In this document: piece after piece, positions 29,475 through 39,793 of the stretch
Numbering within the stretch: position 1 is the stretch's first letter
Layout: the number at the start of each line of letters is the position of its first letter
Assembly: GCA_963727625.1 (NCBI GenBank)
Contig: CAVSHR010000002.1
Span: 288,001-352,000, forward strand
DNA length: 64,000 bases
Source: an uncultured delta proteobacterium
Lineage (GTDB): Bacteria > Desulfobacterota > Binatia > UBA9968
Reading direction: 5' to 3'
Made by a program: the position numbers and the translations under genes
Notes under the pieces: model-generated
What the model saw: the letters and a program-made list of their open reading frames with translations, nothing else
What the model was told of the DNA's origin: nothing
Database searches by the model: none

Positions 29475-31166
29475 ATGAAACCAATCATTCAACTTTTCTG
29501 TTTGTTCGGGTCGCTCGCGGCGTTGTTCCAATCCTCTGCAGCAGCGCAGGAGCTGCCCGCCGCCGCAGCCTTCCGTGACACGCCGCCAGCGGCGCAGATT
29601 TTCTCGAATCAGTGGTCCGAATGGCCATCGGTCCCCAGCCGTTTCGATCTCGAGCTATTGCGCAACGCGGACCGTGAGACCGTCAGACTCGGGCTTAAGG
29701 ACGCAATCTTGACTGGGCTCAAAAACAATCCGGGCATCGAAGTCGAGCGGCTGGAGCCGGCGCTGGCGGTGGAGCGAACTTTCGGCGAGAAAGCGATTTT
29801 CGATCCCACGTTAAATTTTGAATTCAAGAAGAATTATAGCATCGATGCCTACGGCACCGCCGCGAGCCCGTTTTTTCAGCCAGCGCAGACCAACCGCAAT
29901 CAGGACTGGAATCTATCGCTCAAAAAACTTTTCATCACTGGAACGCAATTCGAGATGTTTTTTCTCAACAATCGCTTCGTCGGCAGCCTGCCGAACCAGG
30001 TTCTCAAACCCCAGTATATGCCGCGCCTGGGCTTTTCATTGAATCAACCGCTGCTGCGCGATTTCGGTTGGGGCTTGACCACGATTTTCGTGCGCATCAG
30101 CGAGAATCGCGAGGGCATCAGCCTGCTCGGCTATCGCGCCAAGCTGGCGCAGTTGGTACAGCGCATCACCGAAGTCTACTGGGGAGCGGTGTTTGCGGTC
30201 GGCAACCTGCGCGTCCAGGAGAAAGGCATCGAACTTGCCGATGCCCTGCTCCGCGATGCCGAAGCGAAAGTGCGGGTTGGGTTGTTTCCGGCGACTTCGG
30301 TGACCGAGGCGCGAGCGGAGCGAGCGCGGCGAGAAGAACAATTGATAGCCGCGCAAAATACTCTTGAGGTCTCGCGGTCGAATCTAAAGTTGGTCCTCAA
30401 CCTCAACCCGAACCAAACATTCCTGCCGCGCAATGTCGAACCCACCGATACCCCGTCGGTAGAGCCCCTGATCATCGATCGGCAAAAAAGTTTTGAACAG
30501 GCGATGACCCAACGGGCGGAAATTCAGTCGGGTGCGCTCAACCTGCGCAATCGTGAGCTGCAGCTACGTTTCGCGGAAAATCAGTTGCTGCCGCGCCTGG
30601 ACCTGCGCGCCGGCGTCGGGCTGACGGGCATCGCCGGCGATCTGAAGCCAGGCGCGGTCAATCCGTTTCCGGGCGGTTACGGCAGTTCACTCGGCAGGCT
30701 CGGCAGCGGTAATTTTTACAACTACAGCGTCGGCATCATATTGCAGGTTCCGCTGGGTAACGGGCAAGCTCGCAGCCGCTATTCTCAAGCGCGCATCGAG
30801 CTTGCGCAGGAGCGGGCGCGCCAGCGCGAGCTGGTGAACCAGGTCGCCCTCGAGGTCGAACGGGCATCGGCCGACGTGGGGGGTAATTTTAAGCGCGTCC
30901 AGTCGGCGCGCCGAGCCAAGCAGCTTGCCGAGGAAAACCTCCGCTCACAGGAAAAAAGATTTCAGGTGGGGCTGATTACACAGAAAGATGTGATCGATTT
31001 TCAGGCAAAATTCCTCGAGGCTGAGGGCACCGAGCTGCGTGCGATCACCGACTACAACAATTCGCTGGCGCGTCTGAAATTGGCTGAAGGCACGCTGCTC
31101 GAAAGTTACAACGTTAAAATCGAAGGCGGTAAGAAAGAAGCCGACCCCTGGTGGGCAAAATTTTAA
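29475..31166 (+). CDS. TolC-family outer membrane protein
   Basis: Signal peptide; LNQPLLR, ENQLLPRLD and EKRFQVG OEP repeat patterns; GAGGAG RBS. Confidence 0.85.
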   Translation: MKPIIQLFCLFGSLAALFQSSAAAQELPAAAAFRDTPPAAQIFSNQWSEWPSVPSRFDLELLRNADRETVRLGLKDAILTGLKNNPGIEVERLEPALAVERTFGEKAIFDPTLNFEFKKNYSIDAYGTAASPFFQPAQTNRNQDWNLSLKKLFITGTQFEMFFLNNRFVGSLPNQVLKPQYMPRLGFSLNQPLLRDFGWGLTTIFVRISENREGISLLGYRAKLAQLVQRITEVYWGAVFAVGNLRVQEKGIELADALLRDAEAKVRVGLFPATSVTEARAERARREEQLIAAQNTLEVSRSNLKLVLNLNPNQTFLPRNVEPTDTPSVEPLIIDRQKSFEQAMTQRAEIQSGALNLRNRELQLRFAENQLLPRLDLRAGVGLTGIAGDLKPGAVNPFPGGYGSSLGRLGSGNFYNYSVGIILQVPLGNGQARSRYSQARIELAQERARQRELVNQVALEVERASADVGGNFKRVQSARRAKQLAEENLRSQEKRFQVGLITQKDVIDFQAKFLEAEGTELRAITDYNNSLARLKLAEGTLLESYNVKIEGGKKEADPWWAKF

Positions 31167-31187
31167 GTTGGGTTTTGGACCGAAAGC

Positions 31188-31230
31188 GTCAAAGCGGAAG
31201 GCCGGTTTAGCACCGGCCGTCCGCTTTGAC
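31188..31230. terminator. Hairpin between convergent tolC and mlaA, probable bidirectional terminator
   Basis: gtcaaagcggaaggccggt-ttagc-accggccgtccgctttgac: 19-bp stem with one mismatch. Confidence 0.6.
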
Positions 31231-31259
31231 TAAGAATGCGCAACTCGCGCAGCTCAGGC

Positions 31260-32108
31260 TTACTGCTTGATCGCTGCGGCGCGTCGCTGCAGATAGGCGT
31301 TACGCACCGCGCCGTAGAGATCGACCGTCGATTCGGTGACCCTCTCGAAACGATCCAAGTTGAGCGACCGCTCGTTTACGGTACTCGTCGCGGTACCGGC
31401 GACCGTGCCCCACCATGGAATAAAATAAGTGTAAGGGGTCATGGCGGCGTCGAAAGCGTAACCGACGCCATCGCGAATCGTCAGCGGCGGCAGGAACGGC
31501 AGCACCAGATATGGGCCGGGTCCCATGCCCCACACACCAAAGGTCTGACCGGTGTCCTCGTCTTTTTGTTCGATGCCGAATGCATCCTTGGCAACGTCGA
31601 AAAAGCCCACCAGACCGATGGTGCTGTTGATGGTAAAGCGCGCGAGCTCCGTACCTGCGCCGCCAAGCTTCAACTGCAAGCTATTGTTGACAACACGCCG
31701 GACCACGCCCAGATTTTCAAAGAAATTATGTACGCCGCGTTGCACCGGGTCGGGGAAGATAAAATCCCATCCAATGGCGACCGGCTTTAAGAGATAACGA
31801 TCGAGGACTTCGCGATTGAACCAGAACATTTTCTCGTTGAAGCCTTCCCAAGGATCTTCATCGAAGTCTTCTCCCGGGGCAGTGGCGGCGGACGCTCCGG
31901 ACATAGCGGCGCTGACCGTGAAGCCCGGCAAGGGTTCGCTTGGGTTAAGCGCGACGATTTGCTGCGCTTGGTCGCCAGCGAGCTCCAGCGCCGGACGACT
32001 CTCCTGCGCATGGCCAGTGTTCGTTACCATAAAAAACGAGCTAAACAACAGTATGAATACCCCCGCCCCGATGTATCGCTGAATCTGACTACCGTAATCT
32101 ATCTTCAT
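31260..32108 (-). CDS. mlaA: MlaA/VacJ-family protein
   Basis: DPWEGFNEKMFWFN, RFTINSTIG..GFFDVA, EDTGQTFG.WG..GPYLVLP and DLY..VRNAYLQRR motifs. Confidence 0.88.
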   Translation of the reverse strand: MKIDYGSQIQRYIGAGVFILLFSSFFMVTNTGHAQESRPALELAGDQAQQIVALNPSEPLPGFTVSAAMSGASAATAPGEDFDEDPWEGFNEKMFWFNREVLDRYLLKPVAIGWDFIFPDPVQRGVHNFFENLGVVRRVVNNSLQLKLGGAGTELARFTINSTIGLVGFFDVAKDAFGIEQKDEDTGQTFGVWGMGPGPYLVLPFLPPLTIRDGVGYAFDAAMTPYTYFIPWWGTVAGTATSTVNERSLNLDRFERVTESTVDLYGAVRNAYLQRRAAAIKQ

Positions 32109-32211
32109 CACCGTCTCCTTCTTCCTGTTGTCTGTGACTTACATGAACTGAATTTGGCGGTCAAGTGTTTCTATGTCTGACGCTGATTTCAAAATAGTTT
32201 TAGATTGTTGA

Positions 32212-32227
32212 AGCCAAAAGCATGCCA
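32212..32227 (-). promoter_or_regulatory. Possible sigma54 (-24/-12) promoter for mlaA
   Basis: Minus strand TGGCATGCTTTTGGCT has GG-N10-GC spacing, about 100 bp upstream of the start; the -12 box is imperfect. Confidence 0.35.
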
Positions 32228-32428
32228 CGAAAGCGCGCCATCGAATTTACACCGGAAACTTGGCAATTCAGGGAGCTTAGCGGACGAAACTCCTTGTTAA
32301 GGATGAGTTCCTAGCCCGCTGTCGGTGACAAAAAGTTGCACTGCTGTCAACATAAGGACAAAATGGCGCTAGACCTTGCCGGCGAATCTGAGTTTGCAGC
32401 TCCCCGGCCGATCGGTTATTTTTAATCC

Positions 32429-33634
32429 GTGTCGGACGCGGCGAAACAACCCGTGATCGTGCTTGGCGTCAGCGGCGGGATCGCCTGCTACAAAGCGGTC
32501 GAGCTCGTGCGTTTGCTGGTCAAAACCGGCTTCAGGGTCCAGGTGATCATGACCCGGGGCGCCATGGAGTTCGTCGCGCCGCTAACATTTCAAACGCTTT
32601 CCGGCAATCCCGTCAGCACGGAAGCTTTCAGTCTAACCCAAGAGTCGCAAATCGGCCATATCAATCTTGCCGATGCGGCCGATCTATTCGTTATCGCTCC
32701 CGCCACCGCCAACGTGATCGGTAAAATCGCCGGCGGCATCGCCGACGATTTGTTGACGACGGTGCTGATGGCGACGCGGGCGCCGGTATTGATCGCGCCG
32801 GCGATGAACATCCACATGTACGAAAACCCGATCCTGCAGGAAAATATCCGCAAGCTCAGCAGGGTCGGATATCACCTATTGGAACCCGCCGAAGGCTACC
32901 TGGCTTGCGGCTATGAGGGAAGGGGACGTTTGCCCGATCCGGACAAGATTGTCGAGGAGATTAGGCGTTTGCTCAAAAAGAAAGATCTAACCGGCGAGCG
33001 GTTCTTGATTACGGCCGGCCCCAATCGCGAACCGATAGACCCAGTCCGCTATCTCTCTAATCGATCGTCGGGAAAGATGGGATATGCGTTGGCGCGGGCG
33101 GCGTTGAACCGCGGCGCGGAAGTAGCGTTGGTCAGCGGCCCGACCGCCCTCGATCCGCCGGCCGGCGCACGGCTGATCCCGGTGGTTACCGCGGCGGAAA
33201 TGCGCGCGGCGGTGCTTATGGAATATCCGCAGTGCACCGCGGTGATGATGGCGGCGGCCGTCGCCGACTACCACGCCACAGCGGTGGCGGAAAAGAAAAT
33301 CAAGCGCGGCAAGGAGGCCATCGAGATGCGCCTGGAGCCGAACCCGGATATTCTCAAGGAGTTGGGGAATAACAAGGACGGCAAATGGCTGGTCGGTTTC
33401 GCCGCCGAGACCGAGGATTTAACCGCCAATGCCGAGAAAAAGCTGCGCGAAAAAAATCTCGATATGGTGATCGCCAATAATGTCGCCGAGAGTGGCAGTG
33501 GATTCGACGGCGACACCAACATCGCGACCATCGTCGATCGCAGCGGCGTGGTTCGCTCGTTGCCGCTTATGAGCAAAGACGATTTGTCCGACCGCATCTA
33601 CGACCATTTTCTCGCCTTAAAAAGCCGTCGCTAA
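32429..33634 (+). CDS. coaBC: Bifunctional phosphopantothenoylcysteine decarboxylase/ligase
   Basis: SGGIACYK, APATAN, PAMN, LACG, DPVRYLSNRSSGKMG and VGFAAET motifs. Confidence 0.95.
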   Translation: MSDAAKQPVIVLGVSGGIACYKAVELVRLLVKTGFRVQVIMTRGAMEFVAPLTFQTLSGNPVSTEAFSLTQESQIGHINLADAADLFVIAPATANVIGKIAGGIADDLLTTVLMATRAPVLIAPAMNIHMYENPILQENIRKLSRVGYHLLEPAEGYLACGYEGRGRLPDPDKIVEEIRRLLKKKDLTGERFLITAGPNREPIDPVRYLSNRSSGKMGYALARAALNRGAEVALVSGPTALDPPAGARLIPVVTAAEMRAAVLMEYPQCTAVMMAAAVADYHATAVAEKKIKRGKEAIEMRLEPNPDILKELGNNKDGKWLVGFAAETEDLTANAEKKLREKNLDMVIANNVAESGSGFDGDTNIATIVDRSGVVRSLPLMSKDDLSDRIYDHFLALKSRR

Positions 33635-33636
33635 AA

Positions 33637-34173
33637 GGGCAACGCCGAGGGAGCTAAACCGGCGAAGTCTTTCGTCGCGCTGCTCTCGTCCGAAATCAAT
33701 CGTCTTATCCGCCGTCGAGCGGGAGCTGGCGGCGGCCTTGAGCGAAATCGGCGGGCGCAGCGAAATCGTGCGATGGACCGCGTCGAAGTTTTATGAAAAT
33801 GAGCTGGGGCCGGGTTTACTGTGCCGATTTTTTTCGCTGTCGAATTTAGCATTGCCGGAACAGCCCGCCGCCGCCAAGCTCAAGAGCCAGGCGGTCAAGG
33901 CACGCTCTAGGGTCGCATCTTCGCCGGCCCGGCGAGTGAATTTCGATTCCGGGTTTTGTCGATGCTCGCAAAGTCGTCCTGGCTTCGACCAAGGACGCCG
34001 GTCAACGGATCGACTCGATCTCCGGCGTTTACGGTGAAGCGACGCTGCTTTATTACTATAGCGATTTTCACGGTTTGCCATACACCTATGCTGTTTATCT
34101 GTGGCCGGATGCGTGCCCATTCTTCACTCAATCGCGCGGCGATGATTTTCAGTAGTTAAGGCAGCTCGACTGA
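33637..34173 (+). pseudogene. Frameshifted DUF4416-family gene remnant
   Basis: Joining plus-strand frames gives KPAKSFVALLS / RSEIVRWTASKFYENELGPGL..RFFS...KLKS...RRVNFDSG / VVLASTKD..QRI....GVYGEATL.Y....F..LPYTY..Y.W, which matches my recollection of the DUF4416 pattern; at least two frameshifts and an early TAG at 34153. Confidence 0.65.
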
Positions 34174-34261
34174 ATTGGCCCATTTGCCTTTTGCACTGCA
34201 GCGATATTGCTACCGATAACTCTCCGGTGATAAGATCCGCGGGGAGAGGAGTTGAGCGGAC

Positions 34262-35023
34262 GTGGCGGAATCCAGTGATAACGCAGAAATCAACATGTTA
34301 GTTGTCTCGTTGCGGCGCCACTTAGAGAGGCGCCAGCGCGCCGGCATTGGTTTGCTGCCGCGAGATGAGCCGAGCGCGGCCGAGCCGAAGGTCAAGGGAG
34401 AAGACAGCTTGTTAGGAAACCCGGAAGTTGATCTTTTTGCCAACCCGTCACCAGGAGCAGACGCTCGCAGTCTTGAAGAGCTGCGCGCCGCGATCGGCGA
34501 TTGCCGGCGCTGCAAGCTTTGGTCCGGACGGACAAACCTGGTATTTGGCATCGGCAATCCGCGCGCGCGATTGATGTTCGTCGGCGAAGGGCCGGGACGG
34601 GACGAAGATCTCCAAGGAGAACCGTTTGTCGGCCGCGCCGGCCAACTGCTGACCGACATCATTACCAAGGGTATGGAGCTTAAGCGGGAAGATGTTTATA
34701 TAGCCAATGTGGTCAAATGCCGGCCGCCGGATAATCGCAATCCCGAGCCGGATGAAGTCGCGGCCTGCGAGCCTTTTTTGAAAAAACAAGTCGATCTCAT
34801 TCGTCCGGAAATCATCGTCGGCCTCGGCAAGTTCGCGGTGCAAACCTTGCTGCAAAGCAAAGTCCCCATAAGCAAGCTGCGCGGGAATTGGCATCATTAT
34901 CACGGCATCAAACTGATGCCGACCTTTCATCCGGCGTACCTGTTGCGCAATCCGGCGGACAAGAAGCTGGTTTGGGAAGACATTAAGAAAGTTATCAAAG
35001 AGCTGCGCGGTGAGATTACTTAA
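34262..35023 (+). CDS. Uracil-DNA glycosylase, family 4 (4Fe-4S)
   Basis: CRRC, GEGPGRDED, FVGRAG, KCRPP..R.P and FHPAYLLR motifs. Confidence 0.92.
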   Translation: MAESSDNAEINMLVVSLRRHLERRQRAGIGLLPRDEPSAAEPKVKGEDSLLGNPEVDLFANPSPGADARSLEELRAAIGDCRRCKLWSGRTNLVFGIGNPRARLMFVGEGPGRDEDLQGEPFVGRAGQLLTDIITKGMELKREDVYIANVVKCRPPDNRNPEPDEVAACEPFLKKQVDLIRPEIIVGLGKFAVQTLLQSKVPISKLRGNWHHYHGIKLMPTFHPAYLLRNPADKKLVWEDIKKVIKELRGEIT

Positions 35024-36323
35024 AATCTTTTTCTTCATCTTTCTGATGGCCGCTGGTGTCTCGGCGCTGGCGCAGCCAAAAGTTGGCGCGGGCCCGCATG
35101 TCGATCTCATCTCTATCGACGGCAGTATCAATCCCGCGGTGGACGATTTCATCCGAGAAAGCATCGGCCGGGCGAAAGCCGACGGCGCGCGCGCCCTAAT
35201 CATTCAACTGGACACGCCGGGCGGGCTGTTGACCTCGACTCGAACTATCGTCAAGGAGATGCTTGGCACGCCGGTGCCGATTATAGTTTACGTCGCGCCA
35301 AGTGGCGCGGGCGCGGGGTCGGCGGGAGTGTTCATCACGATGGCGGCGAATATCGCGGCGATGGCGCCCGGAACCAATATCGGCGCGGCTCATCCGGTGG
35401 CCAACGGCGGCCAGGAAGTCAAAGGCGTGATGGGCGAAAAGATCGAGAATTTCACCGCGTCGTTTAGCGAAAGCATCGCCCAGCAACGCGGCCGCAATAC
35501 CCAATGGGCGATTCAGGCGGTGCGCAAGAGCGTGTCGATCACCGCAAAGGACGCGCTCAAAAAAAACGTCATCGATATCGTCGCGCGGGACATGGACGAT
35601 CTGCTCAAGCAGGCCGACGGACGCAAGGTCGAGATCGAAGGGCGAAAAGAAGTGTTGTCGCTCAAGAACGTTCGCGTCTTGCGCCATGAGATGAGCTTGA
35701 AGCAGAAGGTGCTCAACACCATCGCTGACCCCAACATCGCCTATCTATTGATGATGGCCGGCATCCTCGGCCTGTACATGGAATTCTCCCATCCGGGCAC
35801 TTTCTTTCCGGGCATAACCGGCGCGATTTGCCTGCTCCTGGCGTTCGCCTCGCTGCAACTGTTGCCGATCAATTATACCGGGCTGGTGCTGATGCTACTC
35901 GGTGTCGCGTTGCTGGTCGGCGAGGCGTTTTTCCCGAGCTTCGGTGTTTTAGGGATCGGCGGGATTGTTTCACTCGCGCTCGGCTCATTGCTATTGTTTG
36001 ATACGCAGACGTCCGACTTCGGTGTCGACAAGTCGATCATTTTTACCGCCGTCGGCACGGTTGGGAGCTTCGTGCTGGCTGTCAGCTATCTGGTTTTTCG
36101 CTCGCAGAAGGCGCGACCGGCGCTCGGCATGGAAGGCCTGATCGGCGAGATCGGCGAAGTGCGCGAGAAGCTTGCGCTCACGGGCAAGATCTTCGTGCAT
36201 GGCGAATACTGGAATGCGAGCGCCGACCGTGAGATCGACATCGGCGAAAAGGTGCGTGTGGTCAGTTACGACGGCATGCGCCTAACGGTTACCAAGGTTT
36301 CCGACGGGGAAGCCAAGAGCTAG
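35010..36323 (+). CDS. nfeD: Long-form NfeD membrane protease (ClpP-like + TM + OB fold)
   Basis: [21 protein letters not shown] and HGEYWNA motifs. Confidence 0.9.
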   Translation: MRLLKIFFFIFLMAAGVSALAQPKVGAGPHVDLISIDGSINPAVDDFIRESIGRAKADGARALIIQLDTPGGLLTSTRTIVKEMLGTPVPIIVYVAPSGAGAGSAGVFITMAANIAAMAPGTNIGAAHPVANGGQEVKGVMGEKIENFTASFSESIAQQRGRNTQWAIQAVRKSVSITAKDALKKNVIDIVARDMDDLLKQADGRKVEIEGRKEVLSLKNVRVLRHEMSLKQKVLNTIADPNIAYLLMMAGILGLYMEFSHPGTFFPGITGAICLLLAFASLQLLPINYTGLVLMLLGVALLVGEAFFPSFGVLGIGGIVSLALGSLLLFDTQTSDFGVDKSIIFTAVGTVGSFVLAVSYLVFRSQKARPALGMEGLIGEIGEVREKLALTGKIFVHGEYWNASADREIDIGEKVRVVSYDGMRLTVTKVSDGEAKS

Positions 36324-36334
36324 GAGGAAACACC

Positions 36335-37093
36335 ATGTTCGGATTAGGTGTGCCTGCAACATTTCTGCTTATCGTCGTAGTGCTGCTCGTCAGCGGCATC
36401 AAGATTTTAAAAGAATACGAGAGGGCGGTGGTGTTTCGCCTGGGCCGCATGGTCGGCTCGCGCGGTCCCGGCATCACCTACATCATTCCCGGCATCGAAA
36501 AAATGGTCAAGATGGATCTGCGCACGGTGACCATGGATATCCCGCCGCAGGACGTGATCACACGCGACAATGTCTCGGTCAAAGTCAACGCGGTGCTCTA
36601 CTTCCGCGTGTTGGACCCGAATCGAGCGGTGGTCGAGGTCGAGAATTATTTGTTTGCCACTTCCCAGCTCGCGCAGGTGACGCTTCGAAGCGTGTGCGGT
36701 CAGGCGGAGCTCGACGAGCTGTTGGCGGAACGGGAGCGGATCAACAGCCGCATCCAGGAAATACTCGATCAGCAAACCGATCCCTGGGGTATCAAAGTCG
36801 TCCTGGTCGAGTTGAAACATATCGACCTGCCTCAGGAAATGCAGCGGGCCATGGCAAAACAGGCCGAGGCCGAGCGCGAACGGCGCGCCAAGGTGATTCA
36901 CGCCGACGGCGAATTCCAGGCGTCGCAGAAGCTGGCGGACGCGGCCGAAGTGATCGGCACGCAGCCAATGGCGTTGCAGCTGCGCTTCTTGCAGAGTCTG
37001 GTCGAAGTGGCCTCTGAGAAAAATTCGACGACGATCTTTCCAGTGCCCATCGATTTGCTGACCCCGTTCCTCAAGAAGGACAATCCGACATAG
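36335..37093 (+). CDS. SPFH/stomatin (slipin) family protein
   Basis: [19 protein letters not shown] and [14 protein letters not shown] motifs; follows nfeD. Confidence 0.92.
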   Translation: MFGLGVPATFLLIVVVLLVSGIKILKEYERAVVFRLGRMVGSRGPGITYIIPGIEKMVKMDLRTVTMDIPPQDVITRDNVSVKVNAVLYFRVLDPNRAVVEVENYLFATSQLAQVTLRSVCGQAELDELLAERERINSRIQEILDQQTDPWGIKVVLVELKHIDLPQEMQRAMAKQAEAERERRAKVIHADGEFQASQKLADAAEVIGTQPMALQLRFLQSLVEVASEKNSTTIFPVPIDLLTPFLKKDNPT

Positions 37094-37145
37094 ATTAGCC
37101 GATCGTTAAACGCTCACCTCCCCCTCCGGGTTTCGCCTTAAGGTC

Positions 37146-37187
37146 AAGTCCCCGGGGGGCACGCTATGTCGTGCCCCCCGGGGACTT
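37146..37187. repeat. Perfect 18-bp inverted repeat (terminator or REP-like palindrome)
   Basis: aagtccccggggggcacg-ctatgt-cgtgccccccggggactt, ending 9 nt before the queA start. Confidence 0.7.
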
Positions 37188-37196
37188 TCATTCGCG

Positions 37197-38237
37197 ATGA
37201 ATCTCGAAGAATTCAACTACGAACTGCCCCGCTCATTGATCGCCGCGTTGCCGAGCCGCGAACGCGCAGGTTCGCGTCTGCTCGTGCTCCGTCGTGAGAC
37301 CGGCGAGATCGTGCACAGCGTGTTTTCCGAGCTCGGCGATTATCTCGATCCGGGCGATCTGCTGGTGCTCAATGACACCAAAGTATTTCCCGCGCGTCTG
37401 CGCGGCGCCAAGGCGAGCGGCGGCCAGGTCGAGGTGCTGTTGCTGGAACAATTTTTAGAGTCAGGCCGGAGCCTCTGGATCGCCATGGTCGACGCCGGCA
37501 AGAAGCCGCGGGTAGGCACCTGGTTGCGTTTTGGCGACGCGATGAGCGCAGAAGTCATCGGCGATTTGGGCCGAGGCCGTTTCGCACTCGAATTCCAGCA
37601 CCCAGGCGACTTTAACGCTCAGCTCGAAAAGCTAGGCGAGCCGCCTTTGCCGCCCTATGTGCGGCGCCAGCGCGGCGCCGAGTCGCTGGACCGCGAGCGT
37701 TATCAAACTGTTTACGCGTCGCATTCTGGCGCCATCGCCGCGCCGACGGCGGGTTTTCACTTCACGCCAGAGTTGTTTGCGAAGCTGTCGGCGCAGGGCA
37801 TCGACCGCGCGCTTTTGACCCTGCACGTCGGTGTCGGTACGTTTCAACCGGTGCGCGTGCGCGAAATTGAAAATCATCGCATGGAAGGAGAGCGCTATGC
37901 GCTCAGCGCCGAGAACGCGGCAAAAATCAATCAAGCAAAACAAGCCGGTCGCCGTGTGGCGGCGGTGGGCTCTACTAGCACGCGCGCCCTGGAGTGGATC
38001 GCGCTGCGCAAGGGCGAAATCGTCGCCGACGCGGGCATCACGCGGCTATATATCCGCCCGGGAGACCCGTTTCGCGTGCTCGACGCCTTGATCACGAATT
38101 TTCATCTGCCGGGGTCGACGCCGTTGATTCTGGTCGCGGCGTTCGCCGGCTTGGATCTCGTACGTTGCGCTTATCGGGAAGCGATCGAGAAGCAATATCG
38201 CTTTTACAGCTACGGCGATGCAATGCTGATACTTTAA
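37197..38237 (+). CDS. queA: S-adenosylmethionine:tRNA ribosyltransferase-isomerase
   Basis: NDTKVFPARL, PLPPY, YQTVYA, AAPTAG, LHVG.GTF, TNFHLP and YSYGDAM motifs. Confidence 0.95.
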   Translation: MNLEEFNYELPRSLIAALPSRERAGSRLLVLRRETGEIVHSVFSELGDYLDPGDLLVLNDTKVFPARLRGAKASGGQVEVLLLEQFLESGRSLWIAMVDAGKKPRVGTWLRFGDAMSAEVIGDLGRGRFALEFQHPGDFNAQLEKLGEPPLPPYVRRQRGAESLDRERYQTVYASHSGAIAAPTAGFHFTPELFAKLSAQGIDRALLTLHVGVGTFQPVRVREIENHRMEGERYALSAENAAKINQAKQAGRRVAAVGSTSTRALEWIALRKGEIVADAGITRLYIRPGDPFRVLDALITNFHLPGSTPLILVAAFAGLDLVRCAYREAIEKQYRFYSYGDAMLIL

Positions 38238-38320
38238 CATTTGGATTTTGCATCGGCGATTTTGGATTTAAATGCCGGTGTGGCAGTCTTGAGCGATAAT
38301 CAAAAATCCCAAATTGCGTT

Positions 38321-39430
38321 ATGTCCAACCCACTCACTGTCATCAAGAACGACTCGAACAGCAAAGCCCGGATCGGCCGGCTGGTCACGGCGCACGGCGA
38401 AGTGGAAACCCCTTGTTTCATGCCGGTGGGCACCCAGGGCACGGTGAAGGCGGTGCTACCGCGGGATTTGAAAGAAATGGGTTGCCAGATTCTGCTCGGC
38501 AACACCTATCATCTTTATTTGCGGCCGGGTCATGAATTGATCCGGGAATTGGGCGGCTTGCACCGCTTCATGGGCTGGCCCGGGCCGATCCTGACGGATA
38601 GCGGCGGGTACCAGGTTTTTAGCCTCAGCGCGACACGCAAGATCACCGACGACGGCGCGCGCTTTCAGTCCCATTTGGATGGCTCTTATCACCTGCTCAC
38701 GCCGGAAAAAGCCGTGGAGATCCAGGAAGCGCTCGGCAGCGATATCGCGATGGTGCTCGATGAGTGCACCCCCGCCGACGCGACGCGCAGCTACGTCGAG
38801 GTTTCCACCGCTCGCACGGTGCGCTGGGCGGAGCGCTGTCTGCGCGCGCGCAGCAGGACCGAGCAATTGATGTTCGGTATCATTCAGGGCGGCCTGTTCG
38901 AGGATCTGCGGCGCCACTGCGTCGAAGCACTGGCGCCGCTGCCGTTCGAGGGCTTCGCGGTCGGCGGATTGGGCGTTGGTGAGGGTGCGGAACAGCTCAA
39001 CGCCGTCGCCAGGTTTACCGTCGGACTGCTGCCCGCCGACCGACCGCGTTACTTGATGGGCGTCGGGCGGCCGCAGGACATCGTCAACGCCGTCCGAGCC
39101 GGCTTCGATATGTTCGACTGCGTGATCCCGACGCGCAACGCGCGCAACGGCACGCTCTATACTTCCGGCGGCAAGCTAAATATCAAGCGCGCCGAGTATG
39201 CCACTGATCGGAGGCCGCTCGACCCGGCCTGCGGCTGCTACACCTGCCGCAATTTTTCGCGCGCCTATCTGCGCCATCTCTTTATGGCCGGCGAAATCTC
39301 TTCGGCGCAGTTAAATAGCTTGCACAATCTTTACTTTTATCACCGGCTCATGGATAAATGTCGGGAAGCGATTCGCACCGGTGATGCCGAGCTCTGGACT
39401 CAGCTGGAAAGCGTCGGCGATGGCCCGTGA
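38321..39430 (+). CDS. tgt: tRNA-guanine transglycosylase
   Basis: FMPVGT, NTYHL, TDSGGYQ, DCVIPTRNAR and CGCYTC motifs. Confidence 0.96.
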   Translation: MSNPLTVIKNDSNSKARIGRLVTAHGEVETPCFMPVGTQGTVKAVLPRDLKEMGCQILLGNTYHLYLRPGHELIRELGGLHRFMGWPGPILTDSGGYQVFSLSATRKITDDGARFQSHLDGSYHLLTPEKAVEIQEALGSDIAMVLDECTPADATRSYVEVSTARTVRWAERCLRARSRTEQLMFGIIQGGLFEDLRRHCVEALAPLPFEGFAVGGLGVGEGAEQLNAVARFTVGLLPADRPRYLMGVGRPQDIVNAVRAGFDMFDCVIPTRNARNGTLYTSGGKLNIKRAEYATDRRPLDPACGCYTCRNFSRAYLRHLFMAGEISSAQLNSLHNLYFYHRLMDKCREAIRTGDAELWTQLESVGDGP

Positions 39431-39453
39431 CTCGGAAAATTTAGGAGGAAACA

Positions 39454-39789
39454 ATGGTTGAATTTGCCTATGCACAGGGAGCTCCCGGAGTGGGCGGGCC
39501 GGGACCGCTGGTAACGCTACTGCCGTTTGTTTTGATCTTCGTCATTATGTATTTCATGGTAATTCGCCCGCAGCAGAAAAAAGCAAAAGAACACCAGGAA
39601 ATGCTCAACAAGCTGAAACGAAACGACGAGGTGATGACCTCCGGCGGAATTTACGGTAAGGTGATCGACTTGAAGGAAACGGTGGTGACCCTGGAAGTGG
39701 CGCCGAACGTGAGAGTGCGCGTGCACCGGCCGCAAATCTCAGCCGTTCTCACCGGCGAGAAAACACCAACCAAGGAAGGGAGGGATTGA
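39454..39789 (+). CDS. yajC: Preprotein translocase subunit YajC
   Basis: YFMVIRPQQK and TSGGIYG motifs; position in the tgt-yajC-secDF cluster. Confidence 0.93.
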   Translation: MVEFAYAQGAPGVGGPGPLVTLLPFVLIFVIMYFMVIRPQQKKAKEHQEMLNKLKRNDEVMTSGGIYGKVIDLKETVVTLEVAPNVRVRVHRPQISAVLTGEKTPTKEGRD

Positions 39790-39793
39790 GAGA

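Noticed and set aside
33631-34131. Minus-strand small ORFs including an apparent lipobox (LAAAGC)
   Set aside because: Better explained as the antisense of the plus-strand DUF4416-like pseudogene
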